Shown here piece by piece: positions 24,101 to 36,400 of a stretch of 60,000 nucleotides of DNA. The notes under the pieces were generated by a model. That model had not been told where the DNA came from and did not search any database. It saw nothing but the letters and a program-made list of their open reading frames with translations. Origin of the DNA: Lytechinus pictus (taxonomy: Eukaryota). The first letter of the stretch is position 1. Every line of letters starts with the position of its first letter. The stretch spans positions 26,910,001 to 26,970,000 of the forward strand of contig NC_087245.1 in assembly GCF_037042905.1 (NCBI RefSeq). Reading direction: 5' to 3'. The position numbers and the translations under genes were made by a program.

Positions 24101-27100
24101 AAGACAATTATGCAAACAAATCGATTCTTTCTCAGGAAATGCATTTTTTATTGATTTCGTTTTGTATGAACGTTGACCGAGATGAGTTTGATTACTTTGT
24201 ATGTTTTTTTGTATTAAGTGTATTAATATATTATCCCCCCCAAAAAAAATCGTTCCAAACCCATAATTTATGTATGGTGGATAGGCATAAATGTACATGT
24301 AGTTATGGACGCTGTGTGCCATTACTTGCGGTTGCGGTGACTGAGTTATAATAATCATTATCTGCTCAATCTGAAATCTGAATATCAACGATTCGAAAGA
24401 ATTCATAAGAATTTTAATAACAGACACACCATGAATAATCTGACACTCTCTTCCGAGGGAAAAACAAAGCAATAGCAAGCATGACGAAGGTAGGATGTAC
24501 GTGTAAAGAATGCCTCTGTCCATGCTGTCAGGGTAAAATACAGTTAAGGCAAAGTTTACAACAACCAAAAATTTGAGTTTTAATTTGACGAATGAAAAAC
24601 AACAACAACAAAGTTCATGACTCATGACTATCCGTGATAGCCGACAGTGGTCACAGTGACCTCATAGATGATAACAATCCGATTATACGACCATTGGTAG
24701 GCCAATATGATCATTATTCGTTTTCAACAGTTTTCTTTATTTAATGAATAATTATGAAAATATGCCTTTGTTAATTCTTACTTCATATGAATGGCTATTG
24801 TATAATATGTTATGAGTCACTATCTGCCTGTGTGAATTTTCAGTTGACTTATATCGTTTGTATGATTGGCACTGAATAATTTAAAAATACTATTACAAAA
24901 CAAAAATGATCATTCTCTGAAGTAAATGGCAATACATGGAGCTTTACATACTTCATGGAATTCGCAATGAATTACATCACAATGCAAGTTGAAATTATTC
25001 ATCAACACATTTTACTCCCATCTTTTCGAACGTTTTTTTCCGATTATATCTTGATGGATCCGACATCATAAAAAGATCGCTCTGAAATATACGACAAAGG
25101 CAATTAATAATTTCGGTCAGTTTTGATGCCTACGTTTTTTAATCTACGTGAAATTAAGAGATATGAACAATTTATCGCTTAATATTTGTGTCCTTTGTCT
25201 CGTAACTTTGAAAAAAAAAAACCGAATAAAGGGGGATGAACAAACAGGCATAGAGCTAAAAAAAAGAGGGGCCTAATTATAATCCTTTCAAATTGATGAG
25301 CTGCATACTGGATAATTGGCTCTCTGCATTATTGATGCATAGTACACACTGGCAGTGGGTGATACATCACCTGCGTACACGGGGAAACCAGGAAAACTCA
25401 ACCACACCAAGGTAAACTCAAGGTAGTACAAGAGGCCAAACATCAAAATGAAAGTGATTTTGTTATTTTCCCTATTTGTTCCTTCCACAAAATGGCTAAA
25501 CTCAAACCTTTTCACAACTATACAGATTTTGACGTATGTGAGTATACCAACCAGTGTTCAAATTTATAAAGATTTCACCCTCCCCATTACCCACATTCCA
25601 TGATAGCCATATTTTGTGTCATTTAATGATCAATGGCGTAATGAGCCAACAATTTAAATTTTCAAGGCCAAATAAGGTTTATCGGGCAAAATTTTAGTAA
25701 CAAGTAACAAGCAAGCAAAATTGTTAACATTTTTGTTACGAAAAACTGATTTTGTGATACATTTTGAGAATCGTGACAATATCATATTTAATCATTCTCC
25801 CCTTTCCTCTTCTTTCCTTTCTCCTTTTTGTCTTGGTCGTAGAACTTTCTTTTCGGGGGGGGGGGGGGACATGGTTCCCCAAGCCCCCATCTATTTGTCA
25901 GTGTCATTGTGGTGCAGTAGATTCTGACAAGTGGTTAGAATGACTTTGGAATTCGACATATACTAGGATATCCGGAATTTGTGGCCTGCACGCTGGCCCC
26001 GAAGTATATTGTGAATCAGGTAGACAGGATCATAGGTTTGGTGTTTTACCATTTAAATTTATAAGTAGATGAGGCTTAAAAATTAAGGGAAAATATTACC
26101 AGAACATTAAAACTCCTTCCTCAGTTTTTTAAAGGTAATAGAGCTATGTTAACCCCTCCCCACCCAACACATACAAAGACTGCCCTTACATTATTCTTCA
26201 CAGCAGCAGAATTTGATATGCAGGGAAAGATTGCATGTGTCGAAATGTTGTAAATTTCATTCATACTCATTATCGAATGTTGTAATGAGCCTACGGCAAT
26301 GTAATTAGTAACGTCACGAGTGTGGCCTGAGTTGGCAGGGTGTGTGAAGAAGTGCGAGCGTACATGGGTATCATGAGAGTGTGCGTGGGTTGAGTTATGC
26401 GTGCGTTTGTGACACGTCGAGATGGCTCGGAGGAGAAGAGTGGATAGACGCATAGACCTTTAAAAGAAGGTTTGAGGAAGAGATAAGGGTGAAAGAGAGA
26501 GAGAGAGGGGGTTGGGGCGAACTCCACACTCTTCAGTGTGATCTATCGATTCAAGTTGTTAGTACAATTACACAAAGGGACAAATACATTAATCACTTTT
26601 TTCAGTGTGCGTAGTTTAAAATTTCACTGAAGAATAATATTTCATCGGTGGACTAATTTCCAAATTTTGTGTATTTGATATAACTCATTCGTTAAAGAGG
26701 TATAGGTATATTATAATATGATATTTTATATTATGGGGATACAACTAATACCACTTGGGGTGTGATAATTGAGACTTGTGTGAAGTAAGATTATTAAATC
26801 AGTCAGAATTGCCTGAAAATATTACGCAAATATGACGTGTATCTGAACGGTGACACAGAATAAAATATGTCTTTAATCTTTCTCGTGATTGTCATATCTA
26901 CATAAATAAAATCATTTTATTTTATTAAATTGAAATATTTTCATATACATGTAGGACCTATCTGAAGATATCAATAAACCAAAAACTAAAATTATCTGGT
27001 CAATTATACTTTATCGAAGTACTTCGGGACTTCGGCTAAAATAAGTTTCAAACGATATAAAAGAACACAAGATGTTTACATTTTCACTTGCCCTTGAAAA

Positions 27101-27815
27101 GGGCAAGTTAAAACAGTTGGCGAGATGATAATACGACTCGTACCACATACAATAATTCCGAAAGAAAATGTACCACTGTGACACATTGAAACTAGAGTAC
27201 TATATTACTTTTGGATATACTGTAAGCGTAGCGACAGGCGCTCAATTGGCCTTGCCACAGAAAAAAACATATTACCCTATGGAATCAATATCATAATATG
27301 TGAGTTAAACAGACAGTCGGATTAATTAATAAAGGAGACACACCGTTCAGTAAGAGCGATAAACAAAGGTCCAAGTATCTTCACGTTGCGTTTTCAACCT
27401 GCGATTTCGACAAAAGATAATGATAGAAGAATTATTCATTTGTTTCTTAATTACATACTCGCACCCTCAAACGATATCTTAATCATCATTCACACTGGAG
27501 GCTCAACGTTACACTATGACATGTATTCTTTTGTCGGCAAATGTTTGGGCTTAAAAAGGACTACCGACACTCGATGTCCTAGCCGACTTTGAGAAAGTGA
27601 GCACTGTGGAAAAGAACATGTACAGTGAAGCATCCACATTGATTCATTCGTCGCCGTGATAACCTTCATAAATAATCATTATTGTCATAATTATAAGTAT
27701 TTGTAGTAGAAGTAGGCATAGATGTGTCATCATTATCATCGTCTCATTACCCTCATCATAATCGCTGTAGTTATCATCAGCATTTATCTTTTGTTGTAAC
27801 GTATGTATAATCTCT

Positions 27816-28278
27816 GAGGCTGTTCTCACTACGTTCCTAAAACTAGTTTACTGGGAACCGGTTCAGAAAGCCAGTTTGGAAGATCGCTTTGCTAGCGTTC
27901 TCACTTGATCACACGAAAGTGGTTTTCAAAATCACTTCACGTATAGCGCTCTTGTTGCTATGGAAACGCTCTCAGTGGGGAGACACGTTTCGCGCGAAAT
28001 TCGAAACCGCAGCATAGGCATTCTACACCTGTCGTGTGGAGTAGCGCGCTCAAAATGTGCGAAGATCGCTTCCCGAAGAACGGTTGTGTCCTCACTTACG
28101 CTAAAACCACTTTTCCGATGCGAAGCGATCTTGAAAACTACATCGCGAGGTGGTCTTCCAAACTGGTTTGGAAGAGCGCTTCCAAGAGCGCTTCGACCGT
28201 TCTCACTTAGCGTTAAACTAGTTTCCACTAAACTAGTTTCCACTAAACTAGTTTAAGGAACTGAGTGAGAACAGCCTC
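27816..28278. mobile_element. GC-richer MITE, PIF/Harbinger-like
   Basis: Perfect 15-bp TIR GAGGCTGTTCTCACT / AGTGAGAACAGCCTC; internal repeats of aaactagttt. Confidence 0.8.
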
Positions 28279-28766
28279 TATGAAGCACTTCTGCTACCAA
28301 CCGCCTGTGCTGCCTTATACTGTCTGTTTTCTGAATCAATACATGTATTAGATTAAATCGAATTGTATCATTGTGTGGACGCTGGTTACTATTAATACCT
28401 TAAGCCCCGTTGAGCTTTATCCTAGACCTCCGCGTAGAGAATCTACGATTATTGTTACTCTCAACAAAGGTTAAGACATACCCTGGGCATTGGCGTCTAT
28501 TCCCAGGGTTATTCTGAAACATTTCACTTGATGGAAGGTGCCCACCATCCATGTAATGTTTCTTCTCTGTTTCCGGTGTATTCCGCCCCACTAATAAAAA
28601 TATATTGACGCAAATTAGTGTTGGTATTACACAATAGTTGGTAAGAAAATCAATTTTTAATGGCGGCTGGAAATGTGGCTTCGTGTCAGACGAGGTCATA
28701 TTAATACATAACGAATGATCGATTGAATCTAGAGAGCGAGTTTGTCGTGCCATGGACCATGGTCGT

Positions 28767-28824
28767 CAGTGGCGTACCTAGGATTTTCCACAGGGGGGGC
28801 AAAACCGTCCGCCAAAATTTGACA

Positions 28825-28876
<52 letters not shown>

Positions 28877-29012
28877 TCTTCAATCTCGTCAGGGGGGCAT
28901 TGAAGGTCTTAAAGCTCGTCAGGGGGGGGGGCAAAAAAGTTTTTTCAAGCCCGTCAGGGGGGGCAAAGATACGTTTTTGCATGGGTTGTGACTCGTCAGG
29001 GGGGGGGGACTG
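28767..29012 (+). mobile_element. Truncated CAGTGGCGTA-type non-autonomous DNA element with A47 run and tandem cgtcagG(n) units
   Basis: Begins cagtggcgtacctaggattttc...gggggggc; poly-A at 28828-28874; four cgtcaggggg units; no matching right TIR seen. Confidence 0.55.
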
Positions 29013-31748
29013 AAAGTAATAAAACATGTTTGCATATACTTCGAATGCGGTCCATTAAGAGTATCGATACTTCGATAGTTACATAAAATACATGAAGTAA
29101 GTGTAAAGTCCACTTGACTTTAAAGTATGTAATCCCTGAAGAAAAATACAAATGATATTTAACAAAGGACAACTAAATCTATAATGGCGACAAAACTTAG
29201 ATTACTCGAATGTCACGGATGATTAAAGGAATATCGCACAAACACATGTATATTTGCATCATCAAGACATAGCTCGAAAAAGATTTGTACAGAATATGGC
29301 AATTGTACTATTTCCCCTGTTGTAGTACACCTCCGGGCGCTTGTGAAGCTTTAAAAGGTTCATATGTTCTCTTTAGTAACCGAGGAGCAAACACGCTAGA
29401 AATTGGTGCATTGTGGAACTTTCTTTCACATGATGGGAATGAAAGATTAATACAACCGCTGCGTGCAATCAAAATCTTCTTCATGAAATTCAAATGGTAT
29501 TAAAAAAAAGAAGGTTCACTGAAATGATTGCACCTCGAATGGCCATTTATTGCAGATAAGAAATTTAGAAAACACACATGAAAAAAAAAACACTTGTGTG
29601 CAATCCAATGCACTGGGAGTACGTATTTCCAAGTCAGCGAGGTAGTTCTTTGTTTTTATTTCTGGATGTGGCTCTTGGATGAATGGCGTCAACTTATCAT
29701 TGGTAATAAACTGGCAGTAATCGCAAATTCTTCTGTATTATAAACATCCCCAGCACTTTTAACGGTTCTCTCCAATTCAAAACTCAATACAAAATAAAGG
29801 GTGCATTTACTATGTCTTTGAAGTGTCAGTTCATAAAGAATATAAAATTATCCATAGAATTCTAAAACTTTTTTTATTCAATTCTTCAACTTGTTGTCGA
29901 CAGGGAAGTTTCAACAACTGCCCCCAATCTGTCCACGTATTCCCTTTCCCCGGCACATAGAATGAAAGACCACGGCACTGCTCTGACGTTAATGAATGCA
30001 TGGTAATTTCTGGATTCTACTTTTCGCATACCCACCAGCAATATTATTATTATTCCAAACGTCTACACATACAATTTGAATAGAGTAAACAGGCCTTATT
30101 AGTTTGGAAGAGAAATCATATAAAATACAGCGCACATATGAAAGATTCGTGAAAAAGAAATATGTCCCTATTACGTGATACAGTCCCAAGAGATACATCA
30201 TCCTCGTCTGGCCTGGAAACGCCTTTTCAGCAAGTTATTGTTGAAAGAAGACTGATTGTGATGAATGCGAATGGTCTAAATGCTCATTTTCGAGTTTTGT
30301 TGCATTTGGTATGTTATATAACGTTCGGTCTCATGAATGGGTTTTGGCGCTCAAACATAAGCATAAGCATCGGTAAAAGATAAGATCACAATTTCGGGAG
30401 GGGGAAGGTTATTTTGAGGAGTATGCCCTTTAATAATCAGTATGGAGGGGTTATTCAATAAAATAAAGGTTTTTTAATACTTTGTTTTTCATTATTTAGC
30501 CTTATATGCCTAGTTATATTGGTCACACCTGCTTCTCCCTACATCAACCCTGGATCAAGCAATTCAAACGGACATCCGACTTCAAATCATTAACCTCATT
30601 AAATCTTCTATATGGAAAGCCAGCGACATAATCGTAATTAACGCAAAGTACAAACAATTTAAAAAGGTATATTTACAATATTCATTAACTCAATATATAG
30701 GTGGCATGGGGAGCCAGATATTTCCTTTGAATTCGTCCTCTTTTGTACTTATTAAACAACAAGTATGTGGCAGAGAATGGCTAGCTAACTTGTCAATGAC
30801 ATTTTCACGAAATCTAATTCTGGAATGGGAAACGGGCTCTTTTACCTCTCACATTTCTGGTGTAAACACAATCCTCTTTGTCACGTGCCATTGTTTATAT
30901 AAAGCGATTAGACCAAGTATATACGGAAACCCCAGAATACATTTTGACAAAATGTTGTCTGTGAACTGTACAATGAGTAGCGTTTTATTTGATTTGTTCA
31001 TGCCAGGACTCCTTGACCCCCCCCCCCCCCCAACACAAACATGAGCAGAGTAACTTTATCGTCGTAGCTATATAGCTATGGTTCACCATAAGTAATGTTT
31101 AGTTATGTTGGTGTAACTTTTTTCCGCAAAATATGGTTTTAAATGTTGAATACCAAAGACGCTAATAAGTACAGAATGGCTAAATACATGTAGGTCACAA
31201 TGGCACAATTCCGTCTCCATTTCCACAAACAGTATAGTGTCATCAGTTATACTTATTTGACATTCGGTAATTTATCGAGGAATTACAATACAAATAATCA
31301 TTAAGCATAGCCATAGAACACCGACACTACTGTGACCTAATTCCCCAGACTGACAAATATCTTGACACTCATCTCATACCCAGCCCTGCACCAAGTTTAA
31401 TTCAGAAAATCCATTATAAGACCAAGATGTCATCGCCGCATTATAAATCAGGCAGCAATACGCATCTAAACTCAATGGCGCTTTCCCCACTTAACACGGT
31501 AACAAATTTGGCCCTCTGCAATGCATACATGATCTCTACGTGCTGTTTGCCTCTATCGATTTTCACAGGTATTTTGGACTGGTTTTCTACACGGTTAAAC
31601 AAACAGAATATGTACCAGAAGTGCTGGATGAATAATGTTGATTGTACTTTTCTCCATTGAAGCCTGAGTGGATTATTGCGTCAAAGTCTGGTAAACATGG
31701 GGCAAAAATCAACTCTCACCATACTTCCCAAAGATTATCTATCCCCAG

Positions 31749-31877
31749 GGGTCCGTGACACAAAGGTTAGCAATGATCGTAGAACATTTTTCTACGATTG
31801 ATTGCATAGACTACAATGTACAATCAATCGTGAAAATCAAGAGTACGATTCATCGTTAACCTTTGTGTTACCGGACC
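31749..31877. mobile_element. Short palindromic MITE with CAG flanks (Harbinger-like)
   Basis: gggtccgtgacacaaaggtta / taacctttgtgttaccggacc; inner tacgattgattg / caatcaatcgt. Confidence 0.7.
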
Positions 31878-32623
31878 CAGGACTCTCTTGTCAAATAACT
31901 TTATTCTAATACTTTGAAATCGATGGAACCTGCTCATGCAAGTGAAGACGTACGAATGCACACTTTTGAAAAGATCGGACTCGAAAAATAAAACGATTAT
32001 GACAATACGGTTCTAATTGGGGGCAGCAACAAGAAGCGCACATGTGCACATTATAGGACAAATATATGAACATGTCTCATCTTGCTAGAGACGAAGGATA
32101 TATCTTTCCGATTCTTAGTCAAGTCCACTCCCCACGTCAAGTTGATTTGAAATACAAGAAATCAGACAAGCATAATGCTGAAGTATCATAAAAAATCGAA
32201 CAAAGGTATGTCATTAAAAAAAATTCCCTCCATTTCATGGGACAGTTAATTTATATGTCCAACTTCGATAACATCCGATTTTGATGATTTTCCCCCATTT
32301 ATGTAAACAACCTCCTTCTTGGGTGGAACTGGTATTTTAGCTGCGTAATGGGTTCATACCCGAACACTCAGGCATGCTTACTTATATTTTGGGCTTGATG
32401 CTAGGGTTTTCCTGGGTTTTTCTCTCTTTCACATACACACACACACCCACACGCCCTGTCTCCCCCACCATCTCCTTCTCACGACTTTATGCCTTGACCT
32501 CCTTTTTATCCCCATTCTATTAACCTTTCTCTGCATTCTAAAAATGTATCGTTATCATACACTTTTAAGTGAAGAATAAAGTAAATGCGACTTGGAAAAT
32601 CAAAATTAAACAGGTTATCTTAC

Positions 32624-33053
32624 TTCCAGCCTTCCACCATGGCCACAGTGGTGTTTATTTCTCCGTCTTAAACGTAATACCGTCACCCTCCCCAATCCGC
32701 CCTCTGATGCAATTAAGCTGATGATCGTCTAATCGTCAAACCATTATACTTTCGTCATTCTATAGTCCTGTTTGTATCCAAGTTGATACGTGTTCGGTTC
32801 TTCTTTCGTATGGCGCCCGCGTCATTCTTCACGACGATCCACCAAACTGCTGGGGAATCCCTTCTTGCTTTCCCGAGCATGATGCTCAAGCTCAGCTTTG
32901 GTAATTATCTTAATTCCACAGAGAGTTTTCCTTCAATCCGTCTTTAGCAGGAAACCGTAAAGGACTCCCAAGTGAACAGAAAATACAATCTCCTCACGAA
33001 GATATGAAGTATGAACTAAATCAATCCAAACTTAGGCACACTTCGAAGTAAAC
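32624..33053 (-). other. Candidate 5' UTR exon of gene 2
   Basis: Less AT-rich block bounded by a weak TAG acceptor (33054-33056) and a GAA|GTAAGA donor; no long ORF. Confidence 0.3.
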
Positions 33054-33466
33054 CTAGATACTTACATATATTTTTTTCACTCATCTATACAAAATTTATT
33101 TTGAAATATAATTCACTAAGTTGCGGAATATTTAATTACGTTTTTTTAATGGAAACACATTAATATTATTTGAAACCTATCAGATTTAAAACGGACTACA
33201 CCTTTACCCCTTAAACCACCACCCCTTAAACCACCATTTAACCATTAACAAACAATCTCGTGCATAAGACCTCCTGAGCCCGCTTACACACCTTATCTCA
33301 TCATGATGACGATGATGGATTGGAAAATAATGATGCGGCAAGCTTTCCTGACACGGTAGATTCACACAGGATCGACCTCGGGACGGGAGGGGTAATCTCT
33401 GTTTCGCCTATAGTCGTACTTGACTGTACCGTTTACTGTTTTCAGGATCTTCTTCTTTGCCTTATA

Positions 33467-33480
33467 GTTACCATGGTAAC
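33467..33480. promoter_or_regulatory. RFX X-box, perfect palindrome
   Basis: GTTACCATGGTAAC matches GTNRCC-N(0-3)-RGYAAC; ~180 bp upstream of a minus-strand GTAAGC donor at 33287. Confidence 0.55.
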
Positions 33481-36400
33481 ATTGCATGCCAATGACAACA
33501 TCAACAGCATCAGCAGTATCGGTCAAAAGAGCAAAGAACATGCTTTCACAGGGCTTCATGAAACGCGATTTAAATAATTGCCACAATCATCATCATTTTA
33601 ACATATTTTTGTTTTTGTATCTATCACTATCATCACCAAAGCTATTCTATCATTCTTTAACGACATTAATTGAAAGGGAATTTAAAATATGACGCAGTTC
33701 GTAACCTCACCTTAAATCATAAGGCTTAAATAGGATTAAACGAAAATTGGGCAAAAAGCAATAACACACAACTCAAAAGGTTTCAATGATTTTGCAGCTT
33801 CCATATCACATTTATCAATGATCATTGTATTGAAAACCCCCTTGGCCTGCTCTTTCAAAAAGCAACAAGAACGATCCTTATTTTTACATTTTATTCTAAA
33901 TCACCAAAACAAGGATATTATAGATCCTTTGCCATAATTTGATCTGCTTTTCTTAAATAACTCAGATCCACCAGTTTAATATCATGGAAATGACTATATG
34001 TGAAAAAAATATTCTTATGGTCGAATGAAAAACATACTTGGGCGACAATATTGAATTTCTTTATTTTTTCGGCTGATCAAAAACAATTTTGTAGATATCG
34101 AGATTTAACAAACACATTCGCCACCATCCATCTTTCACGAAATGCAAGATCTGATTTGGCATTGATATGGTAAAAATAGAATCAACAATTCGACTCTTAC
34201 CGTACTGATATGTTTTTCTTCAGAATGAGTAGTTCATACCTGTTTGGATAGACGTTTGCCCGCGAAATTAATAAAAACACATTGAACAATCCAAATATGG
34301 AAAATCTACCTTCCCAAAATCAGAGATTTTTATGCAATAAAACAGGACAAATATTTTGAAGTTGAGTTATAAATAAAATGCAATCTAACAACCATGTATG
34401 TTAACGAGTGCTTGACAAAAATAAAAATATCATAAAATGAATCATCGAATTAAACAATATAAGTCGAGGAAAGGGAAAAGCCTTATAAAATGATTGAGAA
34501 TTATCGAACTCAAGAACAATTTACGAAATATTGAAAACAACAAAATGCCAAAGTGTTTTTTTTAAATCTTCTGGAGTTACTTGTCATAGTTTATAGGCAT
34601 TATATTTGAAAGCACGGCCTAACAAAGCAAAGGTCGGCAACAGCTTTTGAAAATAACACATTCTGAAGATATAGTTTTCAACAATATACCGATTTTTTTA
34701 AATTTATATTATCTGTTCATTTTAAATGAGCATAGTTTGTAAGTGATGGATTGATATATGCCCCAATCCCTCTGATTGACACTTACTGATGACGACATTT
34801 GGGGGAATGGTATGGGAATCTGACCATCTGTCTTTTAAACATAGAAATAGGTAAGGATTTTTACTTTTCATCAGAAGAGTATTTAGTTTTCTTTTGTCGA
34901 GAGATAGGATCTACCCGCACATTATTAAGATTCCTAATTCATCTTGCATCAATTGACACAAGCTAAGATCTACTGGTAGTTCCTTGGAGGTAACTGATAT
35001 GCAATACGTACAAATGAAATCATGAAGCCACAGTAAAATAAAGTCACTATACTACATGTAGATCTTGCGTCGACAGAGAGAGCGAGTGTTATACATGGAG
35101 TTGAATGAATAACAGGGATGATACATGACGAAAACCCCTCTTCAAATACCCTCTTTCCGTTTTCCTTCTTATCCTTTTCCTACCCTCCTGTTTGTTACCC
35201 CACTACTTGATTGACCATAGGAGCCCCCGGTAGTAGTTTTAGCAATAGAAGTATCTGTTGCAACAAAAGCAAAAAAATACAGATGTAGACTAGTTATGAT
35301 AAAAAATAAAAAAGTACTAGTTGTAATAGAAGAAGTTTCAGAAAGAAGTAGGGAAAGAAAGATAAAAAGTAGTATTCTTGTGTTTTGGTGTTGATTCTAC
35401 AATCTTACATGCAAACAGCAGCTGCAAAGAACAACATCAAATGAAGTGGTTTTGGTGAATTTAAGTGGCACTGGTTGTTGTGGATTGGGTAGCAAATTAG
35501 GGAACGGTTGTGAGTTTAATCGCTGTCAAATGTAGCCTTATAGTTCTTCTGTTTCAAGCGTAATCGGGTTCCCAAGTCTCATCGACTCATACAAAGTTCA
35601 AAGCTAAACTTTTGGCATCGAATGTCATAAGGAATGTAGAATATAGATCATACCATCAATAATGCATTACATTATCTTTGGCAATATTTTATCACTTCCT
35701 GCCGGAAGACATTTGCCATTTAATGGTGATTACCCAACGGCAATGAGTTCAAACCACCTTTCCAAAGAATGAGAAATAAAAATATTTGTTTAATGTTATC
35801 ATTAGTTTCATTACATGTTTACTTTTATGTCTTTCTCTATGTACAGTTACAATAAGTCTGGCTTGATGTTTATATAGGAAGGACTTTGTACATTCGGTCA
35901 GAGATATCTTACCAATATCAATATTTGAACAATATTTTATTATTGACTGAGGAGCTGAGACAGAATCTACACTGTAAAATCTAAGATATAGTTTACGATG
36001 GGTCAATGAGAAGTAGAGATCGTTGAGTGAAAATGATGAGCTATCCTCCGCTGATTTCCGCACGAGACGTTGGCCAAAAATTAATAAACAGTTGTTTAGG
36101 TTGACTGTATTTTTACTGTGTAGTAGTCGGATTTACGCTTTCTCAATATGGTAGAGTCATGGTGAATAGATAAAATCAAACAAAAAATCAATTAAAAAAT
36201 GGTAGATTCCCAATGACTGTGTTATTATTGTATCATAAGTCTCTGCCATTCATGGTCAAAGCTCCATTCGACCATAGTACCGACACTATTATATTGTTCA
36301 TAAATTTTATATGGAGACAAATCCAATATCTATGTAGTCGATTTTGAAGGATTATTAATCCATCACGTGATACACGAATTGTGTACATATATGAAATTCG

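Noticed and set aside
24011..24625. 204-aa minus-strand ORF
   Set aside because: Composition is typical of AT-rich non-coding DNA, with no recognisable motif or exon structure.
27932..28256. Overlapping ~100-aa ORFs on both strands
   Set aside because: They lie inside a MITE and show no transposase motifs.
28828..28874. A47 run as a processed pseudogene tail
   Set aside because: It is internal to a CAGTGGCGTA-type repeat, with no upstream CDS, poly(A) signal or TSD.
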